Shown: positions 51,463-62,042, counted from the stretch's first letter. The stretch: DNA of 64,000 nucleotides from an uncultured Methylomirabilota bacterium (GCA_963705305.1 OY970067.1:5504001-5568000); one strand, 5' to 3'. Numbers and translations: made by a program. Notes: generated by a model from the letters alone, not told the origin.

Positions 51463-51927
51463 TTACTCTTCGGCCGCGGGCGTGCGCTCGATATCTCCAT
51501 CGTCCTGCTCCTCCAGCACGCGGCCGTGAAGCAGCGAGAAGTGGCGGTACCGCCCCGGCATGTGGGAGCCCACCGAGCCAAGGATGACCACCAGGATCAG
51601 GAGCGGCACCCGCTGGTCCCACCAGATCCCCGCCGCCGCGACGAGCGCCAGCTTGATCCAGACCATGACCCCCATCCCCTGGTAGGCCCACCGGCAGGAG
51701 CGATACAGCTCGAGACCCATGAGGCCCATGCCGCTCGCAATGGTGAGCACCAGCCAGAGGATCAGTCTTTGCGGCGCCACATCGAAGGCGTGGCCGCCCA
51801 GCAAGATGCCCATGGTGCCGAGATGCAGCGTGCGAAGCGCGATGCTGATCGCGCGCTCGCAGGGAAATCGGCGCGGCGCCACCGGGAAGAGGACATCGGA
51901 AATGGTCGCCTTCTTGGCTCTGTCCAT
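51463..51927 (-). CDS. hypothetical membrane protein
   Basis: About 4 TM helices; 'LRTLHL...GGH', 'SHMPGRYRH'. Confidence 0.75.
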   Translation of the reverse strand: MDRAKKATISDVLFPVAPRRFPCERAISIALRTLHLGTMGILLGGHAFDVAPQRLILWLVLTIASGMGLMGLELYRSCRWAYQGMGVMVWIKLALVAAAGIWWDQRVPLLILVVILGSVGSHMPGRYRHFSLLHGRVLEEQDDGDIERTPAAEE

Positions 51928-51995
51928 GCGTATCAGAACCCCCCGACGGGTCGCCGCGAGGAACGCCGCGCGGGAGACGTGTGATGTCGGGCGCC

Positions 51996-52568
51996 TCAGG
52001 CCGGTGGGAACGCGGGGTGGGCCTTGATCCGACGAATCTGTTCGAGATGTTTGGTCTCGTGCGCGCCTTCCAGGGCCAGCCACTGGTAAAAGCCCAGCTC
52101 GCCGAGCTGAAAATGGAAGATCGTTACGTTCCCCACAACCTGTCCATCGGCACGTGCCGTGACCTCCTCCAGACGCTCCCGGCTCTGCTCCAGGCCGACG
52201 AGGAGACGCTCCAGCGGACGGTCGGGGGATGGCTGGACCGAGTCAGGCGCCTGCGCCGGGAGCTTGTAGGCGTCCAGATCGATCTGGTGTAGGGGCGCGG
52301 CCATGGACCCCGGCTCGCCGATCTGTCCCAGCCCGGCCGCCTGCTGCAAGAGGCGCGAAATGGTCCGGGTGATGCTGCGCTCCGCCAGGCACAGGTGATC
52401 CAGGACCTCTCCGATGGACCAGGCGCCGGCCGCGGACCGGAACGCCAGTTGGGCATCGCCCAGGCCTCGGACTTCCACCAGCAGAGCATCCCGGGCCGCT
52501 TGGTTGGCCTGCCAAATGTCCCGGAGGAGCGGCGATACCCACTTCCGAGCTTCGCTGTCGGCCACCAT
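51996..52568 (-). CDS. DinB_2 family protein
   Basis: 'WSIGEVLDHLCLAE', 'HETKHLEQI'. Confidence 0.85.
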   Translation of the reverse strand: MVADSEARKWVSPLLRDIWQANQAARDALLVEVRGLGDAQLAFRSAAGAWSIGEVLDHLCLAERSITRTISRLLQQAAGLGQIGEPGSMAAPLHQIDLDAYKLPAQAPDSVQPSPDRPLERLLVGLEQSRERLEEVTARADGQVVGNVTIFHFQLGELGFYQWLALEGAHETKHLEQIRRIKAHPAFPPA

Positions 52569-52634
52569 GGGTCATTCCCCCGCACATCCGCCCCGGGCCG
52601 GCACCGCCGGCTCGCAGGACTCAAGGGTGGAACG

Positions 52635-53423
52635 CTACCGCTTCCAGTAGCTGAGTAAGCCCCGGTCCACCAGTCCCGGCGCCAGGGCGTTCAGGATCAC
52701 CAGAAACCGCGTCGGAGGGTAGATCAGGACCTCCGGGCGGGGCCTGCGGACGCACCGCAAGATCTTGGCCGCCACCTGCTCGGGCGTATAGATGGGACCG
52801 GTCGGCTTGTACGTCATCGGAGACCGGGCGCCGGCCGTGTCGAAGAACTCGGTGGCAGTCCCCACCGGACAGATGTTGCTCACGTGTATTCCGGCCTCCT
52901 GGAGCTCTACCCGCAGCGCTTCGGAGAGGGCCGACACGGCGAACTTGGTGGCGGCATACATCCCCGCCACCGGGGTCGCCCGCTTGCCCAGGATGGAGGA
53001 GATGTTGATGATGTGGCCGGACCGCTGGCGCCGCATCAGCGGGACCACAGCCTGGATGCCGAAGACCGTCCCCAGCACGTTCACCTCGAGGAGGCGCCGC
53101 ACGTCGGCCTCGGGCATGGACTCCACCGGCCCGAAGTAGCCGACACCGGCGTTGTTCACCAGGATGTCCACCCGGCCGAAGCTCGTCTCCGCCTCTTCCA
53201 CCAGCCGGCGGACCTCCTCGGCGCGGGTCACGTCGGTGCCCCTGGCGCTTGCCTGGCCCCCTGCCTGCCGGATCTCTTCCACCAGGATTTGGAGGCGGTC
53301 CGCGCGCCGGGCTCCCAGGACGACCCGGATGCCGGCCCGGGCAAAGATCCTGGCGGTGGCGCGCCCGATGCCGCTGGATGCGCCGGTGATGACCGCCACC
53401 CTGCCCTTCGGATCCGGGGACAC
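52635..53423 (-). CDS. short-chain dehydrogenase/reductase
   Basis: TGASSGIG, NNAG, YAATK. Confidence 0.93.
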   Translation of the reverse strand: MSPDPKGRVAVITGASSGIGRATARIFARAGIRVVLGARRADRLQILVEEIRQAGGQASARGTDVTRAEEVRRLVEEAETSFGRVDILVNNAGVGYFGPVESMPEADVRRLLEVNVLGTVFGIQAVVPLMRRQRSGHIINISSILGKRATPVAGMYAATKFAVSALSEALRVELQEAGIHVSNICPVGTATEFFDTAGARSPMTYKPTGPIYTPEQVAAKILRCVRRPRPEVLIYPPTRFLVILNALAPGLVDRGLLSYWKR

Positions 53424-53442
53424 GCCGCCCTTCCCGTGCCGG

Positions 53443-53684
53443 TCACACCAGCCGCGCCGCCGCGCGGCCCGCCTGGATCTCCACCAACGCGCCGCTGCCG
53501 CCTCGCCCCAGCGTGCAGTTCACCACCGTCGTCCGTCCGGGGACAGCCACGCCCGGGGACTCATGACAGTGGCCGCACAGCACCACCAGCGGCTGGAGCC
53601 GGTCCACCGCCTCCCGGTGTACCGGGAGCCCGATGTGCCGCCCGCCGCCGCCAGCAGCCGGATGGGCCCTCCGTTTTTCGCCAT
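53443..53684 (-). pseudogene. metallophosphoesterase relic (internal deletion)
   Basis: ATG 'MAKNGGPIRLLAAA' joined out of frame to 'HIGLPVHREAVDRLQPLVVLCGHCHESPG...TTVVNC...LV*'. Confidence 0.55.
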
Positions 53685-53742
53685 GCCCCGACCTGTCGCC
53701 GGCGGAGATCCCCCACCGGAACTTCCCGGATGCCCCCCGTCC

Positions 53743-54948
53743 TCAGGCGCCGAACTTGGTCAATCGCTCGGCATGCGCCATGACGATCGGCATCATCTCG
53801 GCGGCCCGCAGGTGGCCAAGGCCCCCGAAGCGGCACTCCCGCTCCGCGAACCGAGGTGCGCCGTCGGGGCGGCACCACTTGGACCAAAGCAGCACTGGCA
53901 CCGGATGCCAGCTGTGGGCCCTGAACATTGCCGGCGTCGAATGGTCCCCCGTCACCACCAGGACATCGGGCTTCAGCGCCAGGAGGCGCGGGAGCGCCCG
54001 GTCCGCCTCCTCGATCACGGCCACCTTTCGATCGAAGCTCCCGTCTTCGCCGAAGCTGTCCGTTTTCTTCACGTGGATGAAGAAGAAATCGAACTGGCTG
54101 TACGCCGCTTCCAGGGCCGCGAATTCGTCGGCCACCGTATCGGCCGTCTTCACCACTTGCATCCCCACCAGCCTGGCCAAGCCCCGGTACATGGGGTAGA
54201 CGGCGATGACGGCGGCCCGCACCCCGTAGGTGTCGGTGAGCTTGGGCAGGCTGGGATGCTTGGAGAAGCCGCGCAACAGCACCATGTTGGCCGGGTGCTC
54301 GGCGGCCAGCACCGCCTTGGCCTCGCCGACGAACCGGTTGGCGACCTCGGCGGCCCGTTGGGCTTTCGGCTCCTCCGCGTGGACGGAATGCGGGGGCTTG
54401 CCGGTCTCCTGGGGATCGGTCTCCGTGAGGCCTTCCTCCAGGCCGTCTCCTCGGAACAGCACCACAAAACGATGCTCGCGCACCGGCCGGACGATCAGCT
54501 CCACGCCGGGGATGCGGATCTGCTCCAGCAGGCCGCTCAAGCGTGCGCAGGTTTCCGTCGGGATCCGGCCGGCGCGACGATCCGTGATCAGCCCCTGGCG
54601 GTCCACGCTGCAGAAATTGCCGCGCGCCGCCAGGTCGCGCTCGGTCAGGTCGAGATCGATGCCGACCGCCTCTAGGACGCCGCGGCCGATCCGGAACTCC
54701 AGTGGATCATACCCGAAAAGTCCGAGGTGCCCCGGCCCGCTGCCGGGGGTGATCCCCGGGCTCACGGGCTCCAAAAAGCCCAGGTTCCCCTGGGACGCCA
54801 GCGCGTCCAGATTGGGGGTGCTGGCCGCCTCCAGCTCTGTCTTGCCGTCGCCGGGGCGGGGAAGTCCGCCCAGGCCGTCCAGCACCAGAAGAACAATCTT
54901 GGTCTGGTTGGGGTGCGCCAGCGCCTTCAGGTCGTGGAGGGATACCAT
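53743..54948 (-). CDS. apgM: 2,3-bisphosphoglycerate-independent phosphoglycerate mutase (ApgM type)
   Basis: 'LDGLGG', 'TPGSGPGHLGLFGY', 'KKTDSFGEDG', 'TGDHSTP', 'HSWHPVP'. Confidence 0.92.
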   Translation of the reverse strand: MVSLHDLKALAHPNQTKIVLLVLDGLGGLPRPGDGKTELEAASTPNLDALASQGNLGFLEPVSPGITPGSGPGHLGLFGYDPLEFRIGRGVLEAVGIDLDLTERDLAARGNFCSVDRQGLITDRRAGRIPTETCARLSGLLEQIRIPGVELIVRPVREHRFVVLFRGDGLEEGLTETDPQETGKPPHSVHAEEPKAQRAAEVANRFVGEAKAVLAAEHPANMVLLRGFSKHPSLPKLTDTYGVRAAVIAVYPMYRGLARLVGMQVVKTADTVADEFAALEAAYSQFDFFFIHVKKTDSFGEDGSFDRKVAVIEEADRALPRLLALKPDVLVVTGDHSTPAMFRAHSWHPVPVLLWSKWCRPDGAPRFAERECRFGGLGHLRAAEMMPIVMAHAERLTKFGA

Positions 54949-55066
54949 GGTGACTCCTTCCGTCGCATCGACACTCGATATTCTCGCGTCGATCGTCATG
55001 ATAACAGCCCTGGCCGGACACCGTCCACCCGGAGGGATTCCCCGTATGGGGAATGTCCGGCAATGC

Positions 55067-55549
55067 CTACCCGATGTCCATGGCCATGATGATGGCGGGC
55101 TCGTCCGGATCCTGGTAGTAGCCTTCGAACCGTCCGCGGATCCGGAAGCCGCTGCGATGGTAGAAGCGGCGGGCGGCCTGGTTGGACGCCCGCACCCGCA
55201 GCCACAACAGCGGCACTCCCTGCCGCCGGCAGTGACGGATGATCCACTCGATCAGGCGTCCCCCGGTCCCCTGCCGGCGACGGCGGGGATCCACGGCGAT
55301 GTTGATGATGTCCATTTCGCCGCGGAGGGCGCTCACCTCCACCCCCGCGTACCCCAGCAGGACGCTCGCCGCGGGATCCTCCGCCACCCACAGGCTCCCC
55401 CTCGTGGGAGAGGCCTGGGCGAAGGCGGCCAGGACGTCCCTGAACGTCTGCAGGGGCCAGGCCTCGACCCCGAAGCACTCGGCCTCCAGGGCGGCGACCT
55501 GCGGGAGATCGTCCAGATGCATCGGTCGGATGCGCAGGGTGGGAGACAC
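55067..55549 (-). CDS. rimI: RimI-like N-acetyltransferase (start uncertain)
   Basis: 'INIAVDP..RRQGTG', 'VRASNQAARRFY..GF', 'YYQDPDEPA'. Confidence 0.75.
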   Translation of the reverse strand: MSPTLRIRPMHLDDLPQVAALEAECFGVEAWPLQTFRDVLAAFAQASPTRGSLWVAEDPAASVLLGYAGVEVSALRGEMDIINIAVDPRRRRQGTGGRLIEWIIRHCRRQGVPLLWLRVRASNQAARRFYHRSGFRIRGRFEGYYQDPDEPAIIMAMDIG

Positions 55550-55559
55550 GTCTTCGGCC

Positions 55560-56612
55560 TCAGAGGGGCCAGGCCACGCCGAATTCGGCGCCGATAGCTC
55601 GGACATCCTCCAGCACTTCCGGGCTGGCCGGAAAACCCTCGGCAAGGAAGGCCTCCCGCCGGCGCCATTCCAACTCGCCCGGCAGGTAGATCTCCTCCAC
55701 CCCCTCCGCCCGGGGACTGGCCTTGATGTCCTGGATCATCCCTTCGACCGCCTGGAAGAACTCGGCCGGAGGGCAGCAGGAGGCAATATCCAGCGCCATA
55801 ATCAGGTGGCCCAACCGCTGCGGCCGGGTCATGTCGAAGATGTCGCCCAGACCGGCGCCGAACGGGACGCCGGCCAGCAGACCGCCCAGGATCCCGATGA
55901 TCACTGCCAGCCCGGATCCCTTGTGCGCGCCGACGGGCATGAGAGACCCCCGCAGGCCCGCGTTAGGGTCGTCGGTCGGGCGGCCCCTGTCGTCCAGCGC
56001 CCAGGTGAGGGGAATCGGCTTCCCCAGACGGGAGGCCAGAATGAGGTTCCCCCGCGCCACCTGGCTGCAGGCCATGTCCAGGATGATGGGCGGCCGCCCT
56101 CCCGCCGGGACCGCCACTGCCAGAGGGTTGTTGCCCAGCTTGGGGGTCGTGCCTCCCCAGGGGGCGATCACCGGGTTGGTAATGCTCATAACGATGCCGA
56201 GCATTTGGTCGGGCAGCGCCATGGCGGCGATGTAGGCCAGAGCCCCCAGATGATTGCTGTGACGGATGGCGCACAGCCCGATCCCCGCTTCCCGTGCGAC
56301 CGCTCGGGCCCGCCGCATCCCTTCCGCCCCGACGACCTGGCCGAAACCGTTGTCCCCATCCAGCACCAGCGTGGCCCCCGTCTTCCGCAGCAGGCGAAAT
56401 TCAGGCTTGGGATTGATGAGGCCGCGCCGGAGGCGGGCAACGTAAATGGGAAATCGCACCAACCCGTGGGTGGAGACGCCGCGCAGATCCGCGTCGATCA
56501 GCGCGTCGGCCACCAGGAGGGCATCCGGCGCCGGAAGCCCCGCCCGCTCGAAGACGTGTCGGCAGAAGTCGCGCATGGCCTCGGCCGGCACCCGGATACG
56601 ATCCTCGTCCAT
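55560..56612 (-). CDS. Ldh_2 family oxidoreductase (malate/L-lactate/L-sulfolactate dehydrogenase-like)
   Basis: 'ADLRGVSTHG', 'DGDNGFG', 'SNHLGA', 'GNNP', 'HKGSGL', 'LPGE'. Confidence 0.9.
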   Translation of the reverse strand: MDEDRIRVPAEAMRDFCRHVFERAGLPAPDALLVADALIDADLRGVSTHGLVRFPIYVARLRRGLINPKPEFRLLRKTGATLVLDGDNGFGQVVGAEGMRRARAVAREAGIGLCAIRHSNHLGALAYIAAMALPDQMLGIVMSITNPVIAPWGGTTPKLGNNPLAVAVPAGGRPPIILDMACSQVARGNLILASRLGKPIPLTWALDDRGRPTDDPNAGLRGSLMPVGAHKGSGLAVIIGILGGLLAGVPFGAGLGDIFDMTRPQRLGHLIMALDIASCCPPAEFFQAVEGMIQDIKASPRAEGVEEIYLPGELEWRRREAFLAEGFPASPEVLEDVRAIGAEFGVAWPL

Positions 56613-56641
56613 GCGGTCCCTTTCCTCCCGGCGCCCGCAGT

Positions 56642-58381
56642 TCAGCGAACGATGGGCAGGCTGAAGCGGAAGGTGGAGCCCTTGCCCGGCTCGCTCTCGA
56701 CGATGACGCGGCTGCCGTGGGCCTCGAGGATCTGCTTGACGACCGCCAGGCCGATCCCCACGCCCCCATACTGCCGCGTCGCCGAGTTGTCCACCTGGTA
56801 GAAGCGCTCGAAGATCCTTTCGTGGAGGTCCGGGGGGATGCCCGGACCCGTGTCCCGCACCGCGATCTCCACCATCCGGCCACCTTGGTCGTCCGGCAGC
56901 AGGCCGGCGCGCAACTGGACCGCGCCGCCGACCCGGTTGAACTTGATGGCGTTGTCCACCAGCTGGGCGAGGGCCATTCGGAGCTCCTGGACATCCGCCA
57001 CCACCGGCGGCAGATCGCCGGGAACCTCTATAGTGACGACGAGCTTCCGCTCGCCGATCCGGCCCTCGAAGCCCGCCATGACTTTTTCGAAGAGGGGAGC
57101 GACCGGCACCGTCTCCCGGTGGAGGGCCACCTCGCCTTGGTCCAGGCGCACGAAGGCCAGGAGGCTTTCGATCAGGCCCATGAGCCGTTTCCCCCCTTCG
57201 GCGATGGCCTGGATTCCGCGCTGGCAGGGGGGAGGCAGTTCCCCCAGGCGCCCCGAGAGCAGCATGTCCGTGTAGCCGATGATGGGCGCCAGGGGAGTGC
57301 GGAGCTCGTGCGAGACCGCGTTTAGGAAGTTGGATTTCATGCGGTCGAAGACCTTGAGGTCGGCATAGCTCTTTTGCAGCTCCTCGTACAGCCGGGCGTT
57401 TTCCAGGGCCACGGCCGCCTGGGAGGAGAGCGTGAAGAGCAGCTCCTCGTCCTCGGCGGTGAAGGTCCTCTCCTGCTTGTTCAGGACCTGGAAGACCCCC
57501 AGGATCTCCCCCTGGGGGTTCCGCATCGGCACGCACAGGATGTCCCGCGTCCGGTAGCCGGTGCTCCGGTCCACATCGGGATTGAAGCGGGGGTCCGCAT
57601 ACGCGTCCGGAATCCGCACCGCCCTGCCATTGGTGGCCACGGCGCCCGCGATGCCGCGGGTCAGCGGGATGCGGATCTCCTGCTTCTCCAGTCCTTCCGC
57701 CACCCGCGACCACAGCTCTCCCTTGGCGCGGTCCACCACGAACACCGTGCTGCGCTCCGCTTGAAGCAGGTGCGACGTCGTCTGGGAGATGACGCGCAGG
57801 AGGGCGTCCAGATCCAGCTCCGAGCTGATGGCCGCCCCCACCCGCATGAGCCGGGCCAGCCGGTCCAGATTCTTTCGCAGCCCTTCGGCCGCCTGGGCGT
57901 TGGCCAGGGCGGCGGCCACCTGCAATCCCAAAAGCCTCAGCGCCTCCTCGTCCGCCGGTACGAAGGTGCCGCGCCGCTTGTTCACGAGCTGCAGGATTCC
58001 CAGCACTTTCCCCCGCTGGTCCTGAATAGGAACCGCCAGTGCGTTCCGTGTCTTGTCGCCAGTGACGTCGTCCCCCTTAAGGACGAAGCGGGGATCGGTC
58101 GAGGCGTCGGGCAGGAGAACGGGCCGTCCGCTCGCAGCCACCAGATCGGCGAGCTCCAGCTCCCCGACGGATTGGACCCTCTGGGTCGCGAAGTTCGAGC
58201 CGGCTGGTCGCAGCACCCCGCTCGTGCTGTCCCGTAGGAACAGGGTCCCTCGATCCGCCCCCAGCAGGACACAGGCCTCTCGCGGGATCAGGCCGAGCAG
58301 GCGGTCTAGGTCCCTTTCGCTGTTCGCGGTGTAGGCGATCTCCAGGATAGCGCGCAGCGTTTCGCTCGAGATGTCCGTCAT
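56642..58381 (-). CDS. soluble GAF-GAF sensor histidine kinase
   Basis: Two GAF domains; 'SHELRTPL', 'LVDNAIKF', 'DTGPGI', 'GVGIGL'. Confidence 0.93.
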   Translation of the reverse strand: MTDISSETLRAILEIAYTANSERDLDRLLGLIPREACVLLGADRGTLFLRDSTSGVLRPAGSNFATQRVQSVGELELADLVAASGRPVLLPDASTDPRFVLKGDDVTGDKTRNALAVPIQDQRGKVLGILQLVNKRRGTFVPADEEALRLLGLQVAAALANAQAAEGLRKNLDRLARLMRVGAAISSELDLDALLRVISQTTSHLLQAERSTVFVVDRAKGELWSRVAEGLEKQEIRIPLTRGIAGAVATNGRAVRIPDAYADPRFNPDVDRSTGYRTRDILCVPMRNPQGEILGVFQVLNKQERTFTAEDEELLFTLSSQAAVALENARLYEELQKSYADLKVFDRMKSNFLNAVSHELRTPLAPIIGYTDMLLSGRLGELPPPCQRGIQAIAEGGKRLMGLIESLLAFVRLDQGEVALHRETVPVAPLFEKVMAGFEGRIGERKLVVTIEVPGDLPPVVADVQELRMALAQLVDNAIKFNRVGGAVQLRAGLLPDDQGGRMVEIAVRDTGPGIPPDLHERIFERFYQVDNSATRQYGGVGIGLAVVKQILEAHGSRVIVESEPGKGSTFRFSLPIVR

Positions 58382-58411
58382 AAGCGCTTGGATGCGTCGG
58401 CCGACGCCGGC

Positions 58412-59307
58412 CTACCGGTAGAACTCGGCCCGATCGACGCTCTCTACCTCCACGGTGAGGCGCTCGTTCCCGCGCAGGAGGCCGAGGCGCACGAGGGTTC
58501 CCGCCGGCTGCCTCCACAGCTCCCGATACAGCTCCGACCTGGTGGCGACCTCGCAAGAGTTCACCGCCAGGATCACATCCCCTTCGCGAAGCCCGGCCCG
58601 ATCCGCCGGCGCATTCGGCACCACCCCGATCACCACCACGCCCGTTGCCGCCGGCTCGGGGTACACCCCGACCCAGGCCCGCGGGGGTCGCCCAGGCATC
58701 CGTCCGAACCGCAGCAGGTCGGCTCCGCGCTCCGCGTATAGGTGGATCGGGATCGCCAGGCTCATCCGGCCCATCTGGCCCAGGCTGAGCGACGTGATGC
58801 CCATCAGCCGTCCCCGCAGGTCGAAGAGGGGTCCGCCGCCGAAGCCCGGATTGGCGGCGGAGGTCTGGATGGCGCTCTCCAGCATGTATTCCCAGTAGGC
58901 GTCGAAGGGTCCGAGGTCGGTGACGACACCGCCGCTGGCCCGGCGCTCCGTCGGCCCGGCGCTGGCCAGGATGAACGTCTCCTGGCCCCGGGACAGCCGG
59001 CGCGAATCTCCCATGACGGCGGTCCGCAAATCCGGCGAGGGGATCCGGAGGATCGCCAGCCCCGTCTCGAAATCCTGGGCCGCGACCTTCGCCTCCAGCT
59101 GCCGGCCGTCGGGAAAGGTCGCCTGCACCCGCCGGGCCCCGAGGACGATATAGTTCACCGTCAGCAGGACCCCCCCGCCACCACCACCCCCGAGCCCATC
59201 CGCTCGTCCCCCAGGATCGCCACCGAGGGATGCCCGTCCTGCACCTCGACGTGGAGGGCGGCCGTCAGGGGGACCAGGCCCCGGGCCAAACCGATGTGAG
59301 CATCCAT
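58412..59307 (-). pseudogene. trypsin-like S1C protease-family + PDZ protein, frameshift at G7 run 59170-59176
   Basis: 'MDAHIGLARG...ERMGSGVVV' in one frame; 'VLLTVNYIV...NPGFGGGPL...PDZ' in another. Confidence 0.75.
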
Positions 59308-59412
59308 ATCGACAACCGATCAGGTTGACAATGCGGAAGCCGGGCCGTCCGGGCAGCCGCGACGCGGGTCCCCGGTCCCCCGACTACCGAGTCGCCGAAC
59401 TCCCAACGACCG

Positions 59413-60336
59413 TCAGTGACCCTCGTGCTCCAGAAACCGCTCGCCATCGATGGCCGCCATGCAGCCCGAACCCGCCGCCGTGATGGCCTGCCGGTAGACA
59501 TGGTCCTGAACGTCGCCCGCCGCAAATACCCCCGGGACGCTGGTCTTGGTCCCGTCGTGCGTCTTGATGTAGCCGACAGCATCCATCTCCAGGATCCCCC
59601 GGAAGATCTGGGTGTTGGGCGTGTGGCCGATGGCGATGAAGACCCCGTCCACCGGCCGCTCGGTCCTCTCGCCAGTCTTGACATTCCGGAGGCGGACGGC
59701 CGTCACCTTCTGCTGGGCGGGATCCAGGATCTCGTCGATGGTGGAGTTCCAGAGGAAGTCGAGCTTCGGATTCCGGCGGGCCTTGTCCTGCATGATCTTG
59801 GAGGCGCGCAGCTCGTCCCGCCGGTGCACGACCGTCACCTGCGTGGCGAACTTGGTCAAGAAGAGCGCTTCCTCCATGGCGGAGTCGCCGCCGCCCACGA
59901 TGATCACTTGCTGGTCCTGGAAGAAGAACCCGTCGCAGGTGGCGCAGGTGGATACCCCGTGCCCCATCAATTTCCGCTCCGACTCCAGCCCCAGCAGCTT
60001 GGCGGACGCGCCGGTGGCGATGATGAGCGCCCGGCACTGCTCCTCCTGATTGTCGATGGTCACCCGGAACGGACGGCGGTCCAGCATCACCGCGCTGGCG
60101 CCTCCCGTCCGGAACCGGGCCCCGAACCGCTCGGCCTGCCGCCGCATGGCCTTGATGAGGTCCGGCCCCATCAGCCCGTCCGGAAAGCCCGGAAAGTTTT
60201 CCACCACGGTCGTCAGGGTGAGCTGTCCGCCGGCCTCGTGGCCCTCCACCACCAGCGGCTCCAGGTGCGCCCGCGCGGCGTACAGGGCGGCCGTCAGTCC
60301 CGCCGGCCCGGATCCGAGGATGATGATTTGATGCAT
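59413..60336 (-). CDS. trxB: thioredoxin reductase
   Basis: GSGPAG, 'VENFPGF', CATC, GGGDSA, '[10 protein letters not shown]'. Confidence 0.96.
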   Translation of the reverse strand: MHQIIILGSGPAGLTAALYAARAHLEPLVVEGHEAGGQLTLTTVVENFPGFPDGLMGPDLIKAMRRQAERFGARFRTGGASAVMLDRRPFRVTIDNQEEQCRALIIATGASAKLLGLESERKLMGHGVSTCATCDGFFFQDQQVIIVGGGDSAMEEALFLTKFATQVTVVHRRDELRASKIMQDKARRNPKLDFLWNSTIDEILDPAQQKVTAVRLRNVKTGERTERPVDGVFIAIGHTPNTQIFRGILEMDAVGYIKTHDGTKTSVPGVFAAGDVQDHVYRQAITAAGSGCMAAIDGERFLEHEGH

Positions 60337-60521
60337 ACCCGAAATCCTCCTCCGCCTCCAAGTAGCCGCCGCTATTCCAGCGCGCAATCGCGGCGGCGAA
60401 ACCGCCGTCCAGCTCGTCCATGATGTTCCTGGCGTCCCGCCACGCCGGCCTCCGTGCACCAGTCCCGTTCCGGCCCGACGGTACCAGACCCCGCCCTCGC
60501 CCGTCAAGGAGAGTCGCCGGA

Positions 60522-62042
60522 CCCTAATCTCCGGCTAAGCGGTGGCCAGCCGGGCGATCTTGCGCCGCGCCCGGACGAGCAAGGCGTGCTGCAGGGCGCC
60601 CGAGAGCCGCAAGAGCGTCCGTCGGGCATGCGCGACGACCTTCCCGACGGTGTTGAACAGCAGGAACCGGAGACGCTTCGGCCGGGCGGTCCGGAGATCT
60701 CCGGGTAAGGTCAACCGCTTGAGCGCGGTGAGCAGGTTGTAGGTGAGCACGTTCAGCCGGAACCAGGCGGCGTTCGCCCCGAACTTCCCACTGGGCAGCG
60801 CGGCGGCCGCCAGCTCGGTCTTGAGGACGTGATGGGTGTGCTCGATGGTCCCTGCTTTCTCCCGGTGCCACCGGAGGATCGTGAGCCCATCCTCCGGCCG
60901 ATTGGTGACCACGGCGAAGTACTGCACGCTACTCCCGTCGGCGAAGAGGCTCCCCTGGCGTCGCTGGATACGCACCGCGAGGTAGCGGCGAACGCACGGC
61001 CGCGCCTTCCGGTGATCGCCATCCTCGGGGACGTAGGGGACTTCGGCCCAGGCCCGGATCGCCTCGGGCTCCTCCCGCTCGAGCTGCCAGGCGGCCGCGG
61101 GGAGGCGCCGGATCTCGGCCTGGAGCTGCGCGGACATATCGGCGCTAATCGCGTAGGCGATTTTCTTCTCCTCGCACCAGCGGAGGACCTCCGTCTCGTA
61201 GAGGGCGCTGTCGGCCCGCAGGGAGATGCGGTCCACGCCCTGGGGCAAGTTGGCCACCGCCTGTTCGAGGACGCGCACGTTGCCGCACCCGGCGGGCACC
61301 TGGCCATCGCGGAACTGGTCGTGCACGATGACATCGTGCTCGGCCCAGAGGACCACGACGGGCTGGTAGCCCCGGGTCCCGTCGTAGGCCACGGTCGCCG
61401 CGTCCTTGTGGCTCTCGACGAGCGTCGCGTCCACATCCAGGGTGGCCGTCGCCGCCCGGGCCCCGCGCTGGACGCCCGCGACCAGCGTCCGGTTCGCCTG
61501 TCCGAGGCCCGCCAAGGGGGCGGACTCCAGGGGGACCGTGGCCGCGGGCCCGGCCACCCAGAGCGGCCCGTCCTCCACGTGGAAGGCCTCGAGGAAGTCC
61601 CGGACCGTGGTCGCGGCCGGCAGGGGGTAGCCGAGCAGCGTGGCCAGGGCCTGATCCTCCCGGAGCGTCGTGAGGTCCTGGCAGCGGTCCCCGCCGCTCG
61701 TCCACAACGCGACGAGACTCTCCACGAGCTGCGAGGGGGGTAATCCGCGCTGCCGCTGCTTGACCGCAACGTGGGTGTCGACGGCCTGGGCCACCCCGAG
61801 CTGGCGGAACAGCTCGATCACGAGCGGGACCCCGGCCCGGCCCGTGACCAGCGTGGGGTCGATCGCGTCATCGATTCTCGAACGGCAACCGGGGCGAGGT
61901 GTCGGGCATCGCTCTCCTCCTTGTGGTGTTTGCACCCACTGGGTGAAACCAAGCAAGGCCGATGCCAACCCCGCGGGCCGCGCGCACTGCGGGCCGCTGC
62001 GTGATTCGCGATCCCCCTCAACTTCTTAGCCGGAGATTAGGG
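60522..62042 (-). mobile_element. IS1380-family insertion sequence (1521 bp)
   Basis: Perfect 18-bp TIRs CCCTAATCTCCGGCTAAG (60522-60539 / 62025-62042); 5-bp flanking duplication CCGGA; DDE transposase. Confidence 0.92.
60535..61909 (-). pseudogene. IS1380-family transposase, 1-nt frameshift at codon ~12
   Basis: 'TLDVDAT', 'GYQP', 'LRADSA', 'E..H..LK', 'FGANAAW'; RBS AAGGAGG + ATG gives MPDTSPRLPFE, out of frame with IDDAIDP. Confidence 0.8.
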
